Shown here: piece by piece, positions 61,101 through 64,000 of the stretch
Numbering within the stretch: position 1 is the first letter of the stretch
Layout: every line of letters starts with the position of its first letter
Assembly (NCBI RefSeq): GCF_009914755.1
Contig: NC_060947.1
Source of the DNA: the human T2T-CHM13v2.0 reference genome, Homo sapiens
Strand: one strand, 5' to 3'
DNA: 64,000 bases
The notes under the pieces: generated by a model
The model's database searches: none
What the model saw: only the letters and a program-made list of their open reading frames with translations
Told to the model about the DNA's origin: nothing
Translations under genes and position numbers: made by a program

Positions 61101-63418
61101 GTTGTGAAGAAAGAGTCCAAATTTGTTCTCTTGCATGTGGCTGTCTAGTTACACGGTTTACTGAAAGTCTATTGTTTCCATATGGAATGGTGTTGAAAAC
61201 TGATTGACCATAACTATGTGGGTTTATTTCTGGACTCCAAATTTTATTCCATTGTTCTATATGCCTATGCTTAAGTCAGTAGCATGCTGTCTTAATTACT
61301 ATAGCTTTGTAGTAAGTTTTGAAATTGGGAAGTAATTGGGAAGTGTGAATCTTCCAAATTTGTTCTCCTTTTTCAAGATTGTTTTGGCTATTGAAGGTAC
61401 TTTGTAATTCCATGTGGATTTTAGGATGGTAATTTCATTTCTGGAAAAAAAGGCTTTTGGGACTCGGATAGGGATTGCATTGAATCTGTAGATCAATTGA
61501 TGGAGTACTGCCATCTTAACAACACTGAGTCTTCCATTCCATGCATGTGGATGCCTTTCCATTTACTTAGTTATTCTATAATTTAACTCAATGATGTTTT
61601 ATAGTTTTCAGTGCACTTTTTGTGTACCTCCTTAGTTAAATTCATCAGTAAATATTTTATTATTCTTGATGTTGTTATAAACAAAACTGTTTCTTAATTC
61701 ATTTTCAGATTGTTCATTGCTAGTATATAGAGAGGGAACTTATATTTGTATGTTTCTCTTGTATTCTGGAACCTTGCTGAATTCATTTATGAGCTCAAAT
61801 AGATGTTTCATGGATTTTTAAATATTTATAAATACAAGGTTGTGTCATCTGTGATTAGAGATAGTGTTGCTTTCCTTTGCAATTTGGATGTCTTTTATTC
61901 TTTTTCTTGCCTTGTTGTCCAGTACAATGTTGAATAGAAGTCATGATATTGGACATCCTTCTATTGTTCCTGACTTTATGGGGAAAGCTTTCAGTCTTTC
62001 ACCTTTAAGTTTGATGCTACTTGTTGCTTTTTTTTTGTAGATGTCCTTCATCAGATTGAGAAATTCCCCTTCTATCCCTAACTGGGATTTCATCAAATGA
62101 TTTTTCTTCATCAACTGAGATAACTGTGGGGAAATTTTTCCCTTCATTTCCTGTTAATATGTTGTATGGCATTGTTTGATTTTCATATGTTGAATCACTC
62201 TTTACTTTTGGAATAAATTCTACGTGGTCATGGTGTATAATCTTTTAAATATGCTGCTGGATTGTGTTTGTTAGTAATTTTTTAGTATTTTTCATCTCTA
62301 TCTACCTATCTATCTATCTACTTATCTATAGTTTGCTTTGCTTTTGATATCTATGTTTGGCTTTAATATCAGGGTAATTCTGGCTTCATTGTATGAGTCA
62401 GGAAGTAGTCCCTACACTTTAATTTTTGAAAGTGAAAGTGTTTGAGAAGGATTGGTATTAATTCATTTTTAAATGTTTGACATAATTCACTGGTGAGGCC
62501 ATCTGGTTCTAGGCTTTTCTTCATTGCAAGATTTTTGATTCCTGATTCACTCTATTTGTTTTAGACCTATCAGAATGTCTTATTTCTTCTTGAGTTAGTT
62601 TGAGTAATTTGTGTTTTCTAGGAATGTCTCCATTTCATCTAGGTTTTTTAGTTTCTTGGCACAAAATTGTTCATAGTATTCTCCTATAATTTTTAAAAAA
62701 TCATGTAAGGTTGGTAGTAATACCCACACTTTCATTTCTGACTTTCATAAATTGAATATTCTGTCTATTTTTATTGATCAGTGTAACTGGTGGTGTCAAT
62801 TTTATTGGTCTTTTCAAAGAACCAGTTTCTGGGTTTGTTAATTAACTGTATTGTTTTTCTATTCTCTAGTTTTCTTTTATCTCCTCCCTAATATGTAGTA
62901 TGTCCTTCCTTTTGCTTCCATTGGGTTTAATGTGTTCATCTTTCCTAGTTTCTTAAGATGAAACCTTAGGTTATTGATTTGAGATCTTTCTTCTTTATTA
63001 ATGTATACATACAACTGTAAGTTTTACTCTGAACACTGCTTTGGCTGTATCCCATCAGTTTTGGCATGTTGCATTTTCATTTTCAGTCATGTCCAAATAT
63101 TTTCCAATATCTTTGTGATTTTCTTTGATCCATTGACTTTTTAGGAGTGTGTTGTTTCATTTCTATATATGTATAAAAATTCCCAGTTTTTTTCTGTTAT
63201 TGATGTCTAGTTTCATTCTGTTGTGGTTGAAGAAAATATTTTGCATTATTTCAATCTTTTCTCTTGTATTTAGATTCGTTTTGTGGGCTAACATATTGTA
63301 TATCCTGAAAAAAGTTTCATGTGCACTTGAGAAGAATGTATATTCTGACATTGTTAAGCAGAGTGTTCTGTATATGTGTTAGGTTTAGTTGGTTCATGGT
63401 TTTGTTCATGTCTTCTGT
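61101..63418 (-). mobile_element. Old L1M ORF2 fragments (antisense)
   Basis: Minus-strand ORFs [41 protein letters not shown]. Confidence 0.85.
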
Positions 63419-63976
63419 TTGATGAGTCCAGCACCTGGCTAAAAACCTACATATTATTTTTCATGCCCAACCATTGGCAATTGTAAAGTTTTTACCTGTC
63501 AGACCACATGGAAAAAAGCTGCCTTTCCCACACAAACCTTGGTACATAGCCAGTGAATTATAGCTTCTGAAGGGAGTTGCAGTCAAGGACTCAGGCTCAC
63601 CTGGCTGGCCATGCTCTTATGCATATCTGCATCCCTAGGCCAAGCACCTCCTTTCAGAGGCTTCTTTATCTGGATCTCTGGCAAAAGCCTTCATCAGATA
63701 CCTATGCCAAGGCCTCCTTATGGAGTGGGAAGGAGTAATCTTAAACAGCTTTTCTCTACTCTGATTCAGTACTCGGAATTTTCCCAATCCTATCCCTTCC
63801 CTCTAGCCTTCTGGTCCATAAAGTTGCAGGAGCCTTTTGCTCAAGACTTCCTTGGCTATGAGATGTCCCCTACATCTGTGCTGACCCACCTGATCCTAGA
63901 CCAACAGTGTGCCACAGAGAAAAATGGGACGGGGGAGCTGGTGTTTTCTCCAGTTTAGCCTCTTGGTTATGTTATC
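63419..63976 (+). mobile_element. Probable solo ERV LTR
   Basis: TG...CA termini (tgatgag...gttatca), CCAAT and cataaa motifs. Confidence 0.55.
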
Positions 63977-64000
63977 ATAGTAAGTGATTAAAAGCTTGAT

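Noticed and set aside
60557-61120. 187-aa ORF
   Set aside because: It lies in THE1/MST MaLR internal sequence, a known source of spurious ORFs.

Overview
Repeat-dense primate (very probably human) genomic DNA. It contains one multi-exon gene: a minus-strand TCP11-family gene of the TCP11X1/TCP11X2 type (Xq22.1 NXF2/TCP11X amplicon) at about 30.8-42.3 kb. I could splice nine coding exons by hand using canonical GT-AG sites. Coding exon 6 has a 1-nt deletion, so the ~502-aa reading frame becomes a 295-aa truncated one unless downstream cryptic acceptors are used. The rest is mostly nested L1, Alu, MaLR/ERV LTR, MIR, L2 and DNA-transposon relics. Four structural signals stand out. (1) A 'full-length' L1PA at 20982-27134 has no target-site duplication and two flanks from different interrupted LTR elements, which suggests an L1-L1 recombination junction. 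(2) A MaLR-derived promoter/first-exon candidate at ~10.35-10.7 kb sits between inverted Alus and may be the NXF2B 5' end. (3) A ~300-codon minus-strand frame at 12.6-13.5 kb is broken at only two stop sites. (4) Two short local templated duplications lie at 59.4-59.7 kb. Repeat subfamily names come from recalled consensus sequences and need RepeatMasker confirmation.
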